From Puniceicoccaceae bacterium (GTDB lineage Bacteria; Verrucomicrobiota; Verrucomicrobiia; Opitutales; Coraliomargaritaceae): a stretch of 64,000 bases of DNA. Below are positions 1 to 10,017 of this stretch, in pieces. The notes below the pieces were generated by a model. That model was given only the letters and a program-made list of their open reading frames with translations, had not been told where the DNA came from and did not search any database. Numbering within the stretch: position 1 is the first letter of the stretch; every line of letters starts with the position of its first letter. The stretch is taken from contig QOOZ01000044.1 in assembly GCA_003331195.1 (NCBI GenBank), positions 778-64,777 of the forward strand, read 5' to 3'. The translations under genes were made by a program, and so were the position numbers.

Positions 1-1
1 G

Positions 2-874
2 TATCATGACTCTGCGATGACAAGCCGCGCTATTGAGGCTCTCAAAGAAGTAAAGGACCAAGCATTTTTCATGGTCGTAGGGTATAAAAAACCACACCTT
101 CCATTTGTCGCACCGAAGCAATACTGGGATCTTTACAATTTCGATGCGATACAATTACCCGAAAATTACTATGCTCCTAAGGCAGCACCCAGCATAGCTC
201 AGATGAGCTGGGGCGAATTAAGGGCCTACTCGGGCATACCGGAAAAGGGTCCGGTAGATACCATGACTGCGCGCCACTTAATTCATGGTTACTACGCTAC
301 TGTGAGTTTTGTAGATGCACAAATAGGTCGTTTGATGGAGGCTCTTGAAATAGAAGGCTTAGCAGAGAATACCATAGTCATTCTCTTCGGCGATCATGGT
401 TTTAAGATTGGAGAGCATGCTATGTGGTGTAAGCACACGAACTATGAAATCGACACCCGCGTTCCATTTTTGATTAAAACTCCTTGGCCATCTCTAAAAG
501 CTGATAGTACGACTGCTCTAGTTGAGCTCTTAGATCTGTATCCAACTTTATGTGATCTTACAGCCCTCCCGACTCCTGATCAGTGCGAAGGATCCAGCCT
601 ATTGCCATTGTTGAAAGATTCTCAGGCGCCTTGGACGGACTTAGCCTATTCACAATACCCGCGTCATGGCGGAGTCGTAGGCTATTCCGTTAAATCACCT
701 TCTGCTCGTTATACCGAATGGAGAAGCAAGAAAACCAATGCTATAATTGCACGCGAATACTACGACCACCACATTGATCCCGATGAAAATCATAATGTAG
801 CAGATAAGCGAGAGTATCAAAGCGAGATGACTCGATTATCAGTGACCTTAAATAAGAACCTTATAAATAAATAA
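2..874 (+). CDS. Sulfatase (S1 family, iduronate-2-sulfatase-like), C-terminal part; 5' end lies outside the window
   Basis: GYKKPHLPFVAP, GYYATVSFVDAQIG, FGDHG and WCKHTNYE motifs; frame is open to the window edge; the catalytic CxPxR motif is not in the window. Confidence 0.9.
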   Translation, partial: YHDSAMTSRAIEALKEVKDQAFFMVVGYKKPHLPFVAPKQYWDLYNFDAIQLPENYYAPKAAPSIAQMSWGELRAYSGIPEKGPVDTMTARHLIHGYYATVSFVDAQIGRLMEALEIEGLAENTIVILFGDHGFKIGEHAMWCKHTNYEIDTRVPFLIKTPWPSLKADSTTALVELLDLYPTLCDLTALPTPDQCEGSSLLPLLKDSQAPWTDLAYSQYPRHGGVVGYSVKSPSARYTEWRSKKTNAIIAREYYDHHIDPDENHNVADKREYQSEMTRLSVTLNKNLINK

Positions 875-876
875 AC

Positions 877-2277
877 ATGTCATTTAAAAATAACTTTGCT
901 TGGGGCGCAGCGACTGCAGCTTATCAGATCGAAGGCGCAACAGAGCTCGACGGTCGTGGCCCATCTATATGGGATACTTACTGCGATCAACCTGGGGGCA
1001 CACGTGATGGCTTTTCTGGTTCAGTCGCCTGCGACCATTATCATCGTTATGCTGAGGATGTCGGAATGATGCAGGATATCGGCCTAAAGGCTTATCGATT
1101 CTCAATTTCATGGTCTCGCGTGATTCCGAATGGTACGGGAGCTATCAATGCTAAAGGCTTAGACTTCTATGATCGTTTGGTGGATGAGCTACTCAGTAAA
1201 AATATTTGTCCTTACGCGACGCTTTTTCACTGGGATTTGCCTCAGGCGCTACATTTACGTGGAGGATGGCTTAATCGTGATAGCGCTGATTGGTTTGGTG
1301 AGTATACTAGAATCGTAGCGGATAAACTTTCGGATCGAGTGAAGCATTGGTTTACGCTAAATGAGCCGCAGTGCTTTATAGGACATGGATTATTGACAGG
1401 TATAAAAGCTCCTGGTCTCAAAATGGGATTGGACGATGTTTTGCTTGCGACGCACCACAGTCTACTAGCACATGGTAGCGCAGTGCAGGCGCTTCGTTCA
1501 GTTGACCCCGATTCAAAAATCGGTGCTGCACCTACTGGTTCGGTAGCATTCCCTAATAGTGAATCAAAAGCTGACATACAGTCCGCATTTGACGCTACTT
1601 TTTCGGTGCCCGGTGAGGCTGAATTAAATCCGGAAGGAAGTAACAGCTGGATGGTTTCACCAGAGCCTAGTTGGAACATTGCTTGGTATACAGACCCGAT
1701 ATTTCTCGGGCACTATCCAGAAGAAGGCCTACTTGCATTTGGTAAAAATGTCCCTGCTTTTACCGACGCTGATATGGACTTGATTAGCCAGCCGATAGAT
1801 TTCTGCGGAATAAATCTCTATAACGGCTGGAAAGTTGAAGCTAGCAAGCGTGGCAACCGTTGGGAGGAAGTCCCTATGCCTCAGGGTGCTCCATTAACTG
1901 CATTTAAGTGGCCAGTGACTCCAGAGATTCTGTACTGGGGCCCGCGCTTCTTTCATGAGCGCTACGGAAAACCGATTTATATTACTGAAAATGGTATGTC
2001 GGCTAACGATTGGATCGAATCTGATGGAGAGGTAAGAGATTTCCAGCGCCTAGATTTCGTGAAACGTTATTTACACCATTATAAGCGTGCTGCGGCCGAA
2101 GGTATCCCAGTGGATGGATATTTTTTATGGTCACTACTTGATAACTTTGAGTGGGCAGAAGGATACCGTGAACGCTTCGGTATTATTCACGTCGATTATG
2201 CGACGCAAAAGCGTACGCTAAAGGAATCAGCGAAGTGGTACTCTGGTGTGATCGCCTCAAATGGCGCAGATTTGTAA
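877..2277 (+). CDS. Glycoside hydrolase family 1 beta-glucosidase
   Basis: FAWGAATAAYQIEG, YRFSISWSR, TLNEP (acid/base), YITENG (nucleophile), WSLLDNFEW; no signal peptide. Confidence 0.96.
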   Translation: MSFKNNFAWGAATAAYQIEGATELDGRGPSIWDTYCDQPGGTRDGFSGSVACDHYHRYAEDVGMMQDIGLKAYRFSISWSRVIPNGTGAINAKGLDFYDRLVDELLSKNICPYATLFHWDLPQALHLRGGWLNRDSADWFGEYTRIVADKLSDRVKHWFTLNEPQCFIGHGLLTGIKAPGLKMGLDDVLLATHHSLLAHGSAVQALRSVDPDSKIGAAPTGSVAFPNSESKADIQSAFDATFSVPGEAELNPEGSNSWMVSPEPSWNIAWYTDPIFLGHYPEEGLLAFGKNVPAFTDADMDLISQPIDFCGINLYNGWKVEASKRGNRWEEVPMPQGAPLTAFKWPVTPEILYWGPRFFHERYGKPIYITENGMSANDWIESDGEVRDFQRLDFVKRYLHHYKRAAAEGIPVDGYFLWSLLDNFEWAEGYRERFGIIHVDYATQKRTLKESAKWYSGVIASNGADL

Positions 2278-2285
2278 TTACCCAA

Positions 2286-4502
2286 TCAGGGTTGGGGTAA
2301 GCTTATTTCGAGCCAGTCTAAATTCACCCCGGGCTCGGTATTAGCTACTATTTTTAGTTGAGGCGCAAGGCCTGCTTCAAAGTACAAGCTAATAGTCTCT
2401 GTGTTCCATGAGCCATCTGCACCAGTTGCTGGGAAGAGATGATCTACAGCACTGCCTACAGCATTAGCCGGTGCAAAGTTTCCGTCTATTAAATTACCAG
2501 AGACTACGCGTAAGGTGCGAGCTGTAGCGCTAGAGTAGTGTATTCTGACAGCGTAGGTATCGCTAACTGGGATATATAAATCATCGGTCCTTATGAAAAT
2601 TCCATTTCCTGTGTCTTCTGGAAATTTGACATACCCGCTGCCCTTAAATCCAGCGTATCCTTGGCTAACAGATAGCTCGCCTACAAGATTCCCATTTTCA
2701 AACTCATAGTGACCGACTAGTGCCTCGAGAGGGCCTTCATCAAAAGCTCGAGTGGATGGGTTTTGTATGGTTCCATTTGAGCCAGTTGTCCAAGCGCCCA
2801 TACCCTTAGTAGCAGGTTGATTTTGATACATATTCCAATGTGCCCAAGACATGCCTCTAGCTTCTGCCTGCATACGTATCCAGCTTAGCCATTTTTTGCG
2901 ATCGCTCCCATGGTTATCAGCCTCGTTGTCCACGCCGAATTCACCTAAGTAAATCGGTAGTGGTTCGGTTAAATTACGAGTAGCCCAACTATTATTTGCG
3001 CTGACTACCGCATCGAAGTCAGTAGCCACTTGCGCGAGCTCTGCAGTCGTTCCCCAGACTGGGTTATAGCCGGGATTGGTATTTGAGACTTTGGTAAAAC
3101 TAAAGGGATCGTAGTAGTGGAACGTGCCAATTAAATATGGATCATCGAAGGGAATCTCGTCATTGTTAAAGGCATCTATCAAAGCCTGACGTGTAGAGAA
3201 TCCATCGCCAGGCACAATCACGATACGTTCTTCATTCCCTAGACTCGATCGAATAGAAGTTAGCGAAGTAGAAATGATGCGGGCAACATCATGCCCATTG
3301 TGCGGTTCGTTGAAAACTTCGAATACAACACTATCGTTATCGTAGTTTGCGAAGTGGTCTGCCACTTGTCCCCAAATTTTGCCAAGCTTATTAAATTCTT
3401 CATCAGTAGCAGTAAATGCTACTGCTCCTCCTTCATCGTTGTTGTTCGCCCAGTTATGAACAGGATCGACCACCGCAATTAAGCCCTCTTCAAGGCACCA
3501 ATCCACCATTTTTTGAAGTATAAGTAGGTCCTCATTGGGCAATGCGTAATTGGGAGCTGTGCCAGCAGCTTCATCCATTTTATAGCCGATTCTACAATGA
3601 CTGAACCCACTGTTATTGAGTAGGGAATAATCATCCAGCGCGCCTTGATCATTCACAGCCTTTGCAGCCATAAAATTGTTACCTCGAAACAATCGAGTAT
3701 TCATGCGGTGTGCGGCAGCGCGTTCGATATTTACGGCTCCTTCTAAAATTCGTATATTATCAAAGTACAAACTGTTATTATTATTCCCCAAAAGGAAAGT
3801 TAATCTCCCATTAGATGTATCTGGGCTAGTCGCCGTAAAGGTCAGGCGGTAGGTCTGCATCTCATCAATATTAGAAATGGCGATATTTGTTGATGGGAAA
3901 AAATTAGTCGTGGTATTTTCATCGCGTATATTTACCCGTATGTCACGTGGAGCTGTCGCTCGGGCATCAAATAGAAGGGTGTAAGTTTGGTTTCCCACAA
4001 ATGGAATACCGAACTGCCTTATAAAAATATGACTCCTATTACTGCCTCCATCAGTAATATCTATCGATAGCTCATCACCTATTACACTAATATAGGCTGT
4101 AGCGTTAGCTGCGTTTATCGGGGTTATCCAATCATCTGTTCCTTCCGAAAAGTCATAATTTGAATTAATTATTGACTGTAAGAGCGTAGCTTCTCCGTAT
4201 GCTTGGACTTTAAAAAATCTCTTTTCGAATGGAGCTTTGTCGGTCCACCACGTATTTTGGGGTGGAGTGGCTTGCATATTCTCGGCTTGAATCGTGAAAT
4301 CGGATTCAAGGGATTCACTTTGGTAGATGCTGTAAGCCTTGCCAGTTTGGCTAGGCCATTCTAGTTGTATTTGATCCGTATTATTCGCGCGCTGCTCAAT
4401 ACTAAGTGCATTTGCGAAACTTACTTTGAACGGACCTACTAGGGGTATTGCAGACGTAGCAATAATAAAAAGAATGCTCAGTGCTCTATTTATGGGGGTC
4501 AT
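2286..4502 (-). CDS. Secreted multimodular GH5 glycanase: N-terminal small beta domain, CBM4/9-like module, GH5 domain, C-terminal CBM6/35-like module
   Basis: Signal peptide; NYDFSEG..W CBM start; GH5 motifs FEVFNEP, FHYYDP, YLGEFG, WAHW; C-terminal YEFENG...NLDWLEI. Confidence 0.85.
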   Translation of the reverse strand: MTPINRALSILFIIATSAIPLVGPFKVSFANALSIEQRANNTDQIQLEWPSQTGKAYSIYQSESLESDFTIQAENMQATPPQNTWWTDKAPFEKRFFKVQAYGEATLLQSIINSNYDFSEGTDDWITPINAANATAYISVIGDELSIDITDGGSNRSHIFIRQFGIPFVGNQTYTLLFDARATAPRDIRVNIRDENTTTNFFPSTNIAISNIDEMQTYRLTFTATSPDTSNGRLTFLLGNNNNSLYFDNIRILEGAVNIERAAAHRMNTRLFRGNNFMAAKAVNDQGALDDYSLLNNSGFSHCRIGYKMDEAAGTAPNYALPNEDLLILQKMVDWCLEEGLIAVVDPVHNWANNNDEGGAVAFTATDEEFNKLGKIWGQVADHFANYDNDSVVFEVFNEPHNGHDVARIISTSLTSIRSSLGNEERIVIVPGDGFSTRQALIDAFNNDEIPFDDPYLIGTFHYYDPFSFTKVSNTNPGYNPVWGTTAELAQVATDFDAVVSANNSWATRNLTEPLPIYLGEFGVDNEADNHGSDRKKWLSWIRMQAEARGMSWAHWNMYQNQPATKGMGAWTTGSNGTIQNPSTRAFDEGPLEALVGHYEFENGNLVGELSVSQGYAGFKGSGYVKFPEDTGNGIFIRTDDLYIPVSDTYAVRIHYSSATARTLRVVSGNLIDGNFAPANAVGSAVDHLFPATGADGSWNTETISLYFEAGLAPQLKIVANTEPGVNLDWLEISLPQP

Positions 4503-4651
4503 TCGGGGTAAGTGAGGTAAAGCTGGTGGACTTCGTACTGTCTAATAGTAAGTATCAGAGTGTAGAGAGTTGCAACATGAGATTAGCTCAAATATTTATC
4601 CATGACTTATAATGAGTCTTATAGGAGTTAGCTGCAGTAATCCCTCCTTAT

Positions 4652-6058
4652 TTAGCGCTTACGACCTCGGCTGCGATTACTGCGTTGCCCAGCTCCTTTT
4701 TGGAAGCCGCCCGTGGGACGACTGTCACTCTTTGGTTTTGGATTGCCGCTGCTACTTTTACTGCCTCCTAGCGGGCGAATACGTCTGCGACCATCTTGTC
4801 CGCCCTTGCGATTGCCTCCACCGTGGCGTGGACCACGATTGCCTCCGCCCCCTTGTTTTGGCTTTTGCGCGGGGGCACCGCTGGTATGGTGATGCTCAAT
4901 CTGCGCGGCGTGGTAATCGTGGTCATAGATCGGCACCTTGCGTTTGATCAGTTTTTCAACTTCCCGCAATAGGGCCACTTCATCCTCCGAACAGAAGGAG
5001 AGGGCTTTGCCGCTCTCGCCCGCACGGGCGGTACGACCAATGCGGTGTACATAAGCTTCAGACTCCATTGGTAGATCGAAGTTGATCACAAGTGTGATGT
5101 TCTTTACGTCAATGCCACGAGCGGCGACGTCCGTGGCGACGAGTACACGGACTTCGCCCTTCTTGTAGAGATCGAGCGTTTTTTGGCGCGCGTTTTGAGA
5201 CTTGTTGCCGTGAAGCGAGTCCGCTTCGATGCCTGCGCTACAAAGTTTGCGAGCTAGGTTTTTTGCTCCGTGTTTGGTGCGGCTGAAGACTAGGCTGAGT
5301 TCGTTATTCTTCGAGCTATCTTGGTGCTCTTTAATGAGATCAAGGAGTAGGTTTTGCTTGTCAGTCTTTTTAACGAAAAGCACATGTTGGTCGATCTTCT
5401 CAGCAGTTGTGCCTTGTGGAGCAATGCGGATTTCCTTCGGGTTGTGGAGGAGGCCGTTAGCCAACTTAGTGATCTCTGGAGCCATCGTGGCAGAGAAGAG
5501 CAAAGTGTGGCGTTGCTGAGGAATGGCCGCGGCAATTTTTTGAATGTCGCGGATGAAGCCCATGTCGAGCATGCGGTCAGCTTCGTCAAGAATGAAGGTG
5601 TCGACCTGAGAAATATCGATGTGGCCCTGCTGCTTTAGATCTAGCAAACGACCGACTGTAGCGACGAGGATGTCTAGGCCACCGTAGAGAGCTTTGATCT
5701 GTGGCTTCTCGGAAACACCGCCGAAGACCATGCCGACCTTCAATCCTAGACCGTCACCGTAGGTTTTGAAACTTTCCATTACTTGCACCGCAAGTTCACG
5801 CGTAGGTGTTAAGATGAGGCAGCGGACGCCACGACGGAAGGGTTTGCGTGGATTACGTGCAAAACCATCGAGGATCGGCAGAGCGAAGGCTGCGGTTTTA
5901 CCGGTGCCAGTTTGGGCGCATGCGAGCAAGTCGTTCCCATCAAGGAGCACAGGGATCGCTTGAGCCTGAATGGGGGAAGGCGTGGTGTAGCCTTTTGCTT
6001 TGAGCGCGCGTTGAATCGGATCCGCTAAAGCGAGATCCTGAAATGTAATTTCGGACAT
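4652..6058 (-). CDS. rhlE: DEAD-box ATP-dependent RNA helicase (RhlE-like)
   Basis: Q motif, AQTGTGKT, PTRELA, DEAD, SAT, HRIGRTAR; basic Gly/Arg-rich C-terminal tail. Confidence 0.9.
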   Translation of the reverse strand: MSEITFQDLALADPIQRALKAKGYTTPSPIQAQAIPVLLDGNDLLACAQTGTGKTAAFALPILDGFARNPRKPFRRGVRCLILTPTRELAVQVMESFKTYGDGLGLKVGMVFGGVSEKPQIKALYGGLDILVATVGRLLDLKQQGHIDISQVDTFILDEADRMLDMGFIRDIQKIAAAIPQQRHTLLFSATMAPEITKLANGLLHNPKEIRIAPQGTTAEKIDQHVLFVKKTDKQNLLLDLIKEHQDSSKNNELSLVFSRTKHGAKNLARKLCSAGIEADSLHGNKSQNARQKTLDLYKKGEVRVLVATDVAARGIDVKNITLVINFDLPMESEAYVHRIGRTARAGESGKALSFCSEDEVALLREVEKLIKRKVPIYDHDYHAAQIEHHHTSGAPAQKPKQGGGGNRGPRHGGGNRKGGQDGRRRIRPLGGSKSSSGNPKPKSDSRPTGGFQKGAGQRSNRSRGRKR

Positions 6059-6329
6059 AATAGAAAAATACGCCGTTGGGAAATTGCAGGCGCAGGAACA
6101 ATCGATGACAGTTGTAATTAGCTTAAATCAACCGCTCATCGATGACGGACCGAAACAAGTTGGCAGACTACGCTAGAACGCGCTCCAACCAGAAAGCGCG
6201 GGAGGTAGACGTCATAGAAGATTAATAGCAAGCTTCATTTTTTACATAAGCCGCAAACTCTAGATTTGCTAAGTTTAGAAGCTAAACTATGGGGAACACA
6301 CGCGGAAGTAGAGAATTCACACTATAATT

Positions 6330-7712
6330 TCACATTTGCTCAACGATGTCTTCGATTGGGTAACTCCAGATCTCTGAAAGTGTGGGATGATACCAATGGA
6401 CTTTGAGTAGGTCCTTTACGGAGGCTTTCATTGTGACGGCCACAGCCATGGAGTGGATGAGTTCACCAGCATCTTTACTCACGCACTCGGCACCAAGTAA
6501 GATGCCCGTTTTCTTTTCGGCGAAGACTCTCACATAGCCATATTTGGCTCCCATAAGAATGGATTTACCGTGATCGTCGAAAGGGTATTCAGCGCTCAGG
6601 TAGTCTAGGTCGCGTGCTTTGAGCGTGGCTTCGGTCAACCCGACGACGCCGACTTGTGGATCAGTGAAGACGACGCTGAGGAGGTCGTCGTAGTGGATGG
6701 GACTAGTCTTACGATTAGTCGCGTGCTTGGCGGCGACTTCCCCTTGCATGATGGCTATATGCACGATTTCGTGCGGGCCTGCTACGTCGCCACAAGCGTA
6801 GATCTTTGGGTTGGCTGTGCGCTGCGTTTCGTCGCATTCAATGTGGCCTGTCTCGCGTGTCGTCACACCTGCGGCCTCTAAATTAAGGCCTTGAGTTGAC
6901 GGTCGGCGACCAAGCGCATTGAGTAAATGCGGTGCCTCGACTTCGATCGTCTGACCATTTTGGTCAAATGTGACGATGAATCGGCTATCTAGGTGTGAAA
7001 TCTCCTTAAGTGAAGTGTCCGTGTAGAGCTGGATGCCTTCATCTCGAAATGCAGTCTCAATCACAGTGGACGCTTGTGGGGACATTTCTTTGAGAATGTG
7101 TGGGCTGCGTTGGATCTGGATGACTTCGCTACCAATGCGATGAAGGAATTGTGCAAGCTCGCAAGCGACGATTCCACCGCCGAGTATAATAATTTTCTCG
7201 GGGAGAAAGTTGAGGTCTAGAACGTCGTCGCTCGTCCAATAGGGCACATCTTTGAATCCTGGTATTGCTGGAGCAGATACGACGGATCCAGTGGCTATCA
7301 TGAAGTAGTCGGCAGTCAATTGGAGGCCGTCTTTAAGCTCGATCGTATTGGCGTCGACGAATTTAGCATGATTACGAAATAGAGTGAAGCGGTCGCTATG
7401 GAGCTGTTCTTGGCGATATTCTGCAAACTCTTTAGTCGTATCGACCTTGCGCTGGTGTAGGGCAGTCATATCAGCTGCAGCAGCAGGAATTTTGAGGCCA
7501 AAATTTTCACCCCTTTGTGCGAGGTGAAGTAATTCGGCAGAGTAGATTAAAGTCTTCGAAGGCATGCAGCCTTTTAAGATACAGAGGCCGCCAAGTATCT
7601 CTGAACTATCGACGATAGCCACGTGTTCGCGTGTCTCACGTGCTGTGCGCGCGGCTGCATAACCGCCACTACCGCCACCGATGACAATGTAATCAAAATG
7701 TGTCCGACTCAT
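6330..7712 (-). CDS. Class I pyridine nucleotide-disulfide oxidoreductase (Lpd/MerA-like)
   Basis: GGGSGG FAD motif, CILKGCMPSK redox disulfide, GGGIVACE, YACGD, C-terminal HPTLSE. Confidence 0.9.
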   Translation of the reverse strand: MSRTHFDYIVIGGGSGGYAAARTARETREHVAIVDSSEILGGLCILKGCMPSKTLIYSAELLHLAQRGENFGLKIPAAAADMTALHQRKVDTTKEFAEYRQEQLHSDRFTLFRNHAKFVDANTIELKDGLQLTADYFMIATGSVVSAPAIPGFKDVPYWTSDDVLDLNFLPEKIIILGGGIVACELAQFLHRIGSEVIQIQRSPHILKEMSPQASTVIETAFRDEGIQLYTDTSLKEISHLDSRFIVTFDQNGQTIEVEAPHLLNALGRRPSTQGLNLEAAGVTTRETGHIECDETQRTANPKIYACGDVAGPHEIVHIAIMQGEVAAKHATNRKTSPIHYDDLLSVVFTDPQVGVVGLTEATLKARDLDYLSAEYPFDDHGKSILMGAKYGYVRVFAEKKTGILLGAECVSKDAGELIHSMAVAVTMKASVKDLLKVHWYHPTLSEIWSYPIEDIVEQM

Positions 7713-9178
7713 TTTTCTTCCTCTAAGTATTGTTCATTAAAGTAGGGGACTCGGCGCTTAGCAGGCGTTACGAGTTGAGGGCGATGCGCATCGACCTCGT
7801 CGATCTTATTTCGGCTCAATTCTGCCCAGCGTAGCGCGATGAAAAAGATCGTGAAGAAACTAAAAAAGACAGCAGGCGACATGAAGGGCACATCGCACAA
7901 AGCAAGTAAGAGCACCGATCCACAGCCGATTAGTAAGTGGTTTGTGAGGCGGATATTGCGAAGTCTCAGTAAGTATCTTAAGGTAAACGCTATTAAAAAG
8001 CCGATTGCAATTAGCGATCCAAAGATACCGAATTCGGCTAGGAACTGAAGTAAATCAGAGTTTGCACGTTCGTATCTTTGATCGAGCAAGATATCATCAC
8101 TATAAAAGGGAAGTAGCTTGTTGTAACTATCAAAGCCCCAGCCGAATAAAGGGTTGGCTTTAAACATATCAAATGCGGCGCTACGCAGGGCAAACGTATT
8201 GCTTGAAAAGGCATCGTCTTGAAATATACGAGCAATCCCTCCAGCAAAACTTAAGCAAGCAAAGAGGCCACTGAAAAGTGCGATAGATTTGCGATGTATG
8301 TCCTTAGAATTGACCAAGAAATCGACTGTTGTGATCAAGAGCATAGCTGAAAGAGTGAGTAGCAGAATGGCTGAAGGAAGCAGTGCTTCAACGAGTATGG
8401 CAGAGGCACCTAAGAGCATCCCACCTGTCAGATACCATGGGCCAATCGACTGAATAAAAGGTAGGCTGTCGTCGTAACGAGTGGAAAGGAGCATCATTGC
8501 AATACAGGCACAGCACCAAAGAGTGGCGAATGCTGCCCAGTGGCCATCATAGGGGAAGTAGGCAAAGAAATTATTGGCGCCTGTGCCCTTGGTAAAGAGC
8601 GGTTTGGTCAATCCTAGGCCCTTTTGGATAAATCCAATGATACCAACAATTACGGCGCCAAAGCAAAGCACGGGTAAGATGCGCTCAAAGTATGAGCGAG
8701 ATTTTGGCACAATGTAGAGCGTACTGGTCAATAAGTAGATCGCCACAAAACCGAAGATGGTGACCCAAGCCGAACTATCGGCTGCGGAGCTCGGTCGCCA
8801 GATGTTGGTTGGTTGAACGATATTAAAAACTAAGTCTCCGACGGTAAGCGTGCTGAGTGGGTTTTGTGTTAATCCAATTATGAATTGAAGTAAAAATGCC
8901 CATGCGGGCGCAGTGCAGATCCAGAATTTAGGCCACAATAAATCAATGAAGAAGGGATGCGTATGTTCGTGCGTCTTTAAGATGACCGGGGTGAGGCATC
9001 CAACGATGATTAGGCTGCCGAGTAACCAAAAAGAGCGAGGATCACCGATCCAATAGACCATGGAGGCCATGATTAGAGTGACGCCGAAGAGTAAAGTTTC
9101 GGCTGGCGTAAAATTGTCGCGCAGTAGTTTGTCGCGCGGTCGGAGTTGAGCGGAGTCTTCCAAAGTACAGGTCGTCAA
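7709..9178 (-). CDS. O-antigen ligase (Wzy_C/WaaL-like) family membrane protein
   Basis: Polytopic; R..AFDMFKANPLFGWGFDSY and ANSDLLQFLAEFGIFG motifs; start codon uncertain. Confidence 0.75.
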   Translation of the reverse strand: MTTCTLEDSAQLRPRDKLLRDNFTPAETLLFGVTLIMASMVYWIGDPRSFWLLGSLIIVGCLTPVILKTHEHTHPFFIDLLWPKFWICTAPAWAFLLQFIIGLTQNPLSTLTVGDLVFNIVQPTNIWRPSSAADSSAWVTIFGFVAIYLLTSTLYIVPKSRSYFERILPVLCFGAVIVGIIGFIQKGLGLTKPLFTKGTGANNFFAYFPYDGHWAAFATLWCCACIAMMLLSTRYDDSLPFIQSIGPWYLTGGMLLGASAILVEALLPSAILLLTLSAMLLITTVDFLVNSKDIHRKSIALFSGLFACLSFAGGIARIFQDDAFSSNTFALRSAAFDMFKANPLFGWGFDSYNKLLPFYSDDILLDQRYERANSDLLQFLAEFGIFGSLIAIGFLIAFTLRYLLRLRNIRLTNHLLIGCGSVLLLALCDVPFMSPAVFFSFFTIFFIALRWAELSRNKIDEVDAHRPQLVTPAKRRVPYFNEQYLEEEK

Positions 9179-9228
9179 ACGGGTTGAATTAAATTGTCAG
9201 TTAGGTGTGTGGGAGAACCATGCGGCAT

Positions 9229-10017
9229 TCATTGTATCTCCCCTTGTATGAAAGGTAGAACGATATTCCAGTAATCATCACCCGCAGTTTCAATAAGATC
9301 TCCGTGTCCCGCGCCCTGAACAAATAGTTTTTGCTTGGTGCCTTCGATTTGACCCCAGTTTTTTTGCGCGTGGGTGAAGGGCACTACGCGGTCGTCGGTG
9401 CCGTGGATCATCAAAATCGGACATTTGATATTTGGCAGGCGTGCAAAATTATCGAATTTATCCCATGGGAGAAGTTTAATGCCTGTCATTACACGAAAGG
9501 TTGAGGTAAAGGCACCGTCTAGTATGAGTCCTGCCACACCTTCGTGCTCAGCGAGCCATGTCGATGGACCACTACCAAGTGAACGCCCATAAAGCGTGAT
9601 TTTTTTAGGCGAGTAGCCAAGTGATTCAGTCGCATATTTAAAAGTGGCCTCAATCGCGGCGTAAGTCCCGAACTCGCTTGCTCTTCCTGTGCTAGTGCCA
9701 TAGCTAGGATAGTCGTAAGCGAGAATAGATGTTCCTAGTTGCTGAAAATGTTCAAGGAGTGGACGAATTTGACCTATGTCTTCGCCATTACCGTGGCTGT
9801 AGATGAGCAGTTTATCGGAGCTGTCATTCTTAAGGAAGCAGGCCGAGATAGATTTACCATCTTGGGCTTGTAATTTTAAGATTCGGTCATCGTCTTGATA
9901 ACTACTGGGCGGTGCAGGGAAGATCATGTTATTTGCAAAGATCGCAGCATAGACATTTAGACCTGCGTAAGCGATACACAGGCTGGAGACCAGAAGGATG
10001 GAAACATTGCCAATCAT
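9229..10017 (-). CDS. Membrane-anchored alpha/beta hydrolase (ABHD17-like)
   Basis: N-terminal TM helix; SHGNGEDIG, GRSLG nucleophile, HGTDDRVVP, GAGH. Confidence 0.88.
   Translation of the reverse strand: MIGNVSILLVSSLCIAYAGLNVYAAIFANNMIFPAPPSSYQDDDRILKLQAQDGKSISACFLKNDSSDKLLIYSHGNGEDIGQIRPLLEHFQQLGTSILAYDYPSYGTSTGRASEFGTYAAIEATFKYATESLGYSPKKITLYGRSLGSGPSTWLAEHEGVAGLILDGAFTSTFRVMTGIKLLPWDKFDNFARLPNIKCPILMIHGTDDRVVPFTHAQKNWGQIEGTKQKLFVQGAGHGDLIETAGDDYWNIVLPFIQGEIQ

Noticed and set aside
6330-7712. Mercuric reductase (merA) call
   Set aside because: Lacks the C-terminal Cys-Cys pair, the NmerA domain and mer operon neighbours
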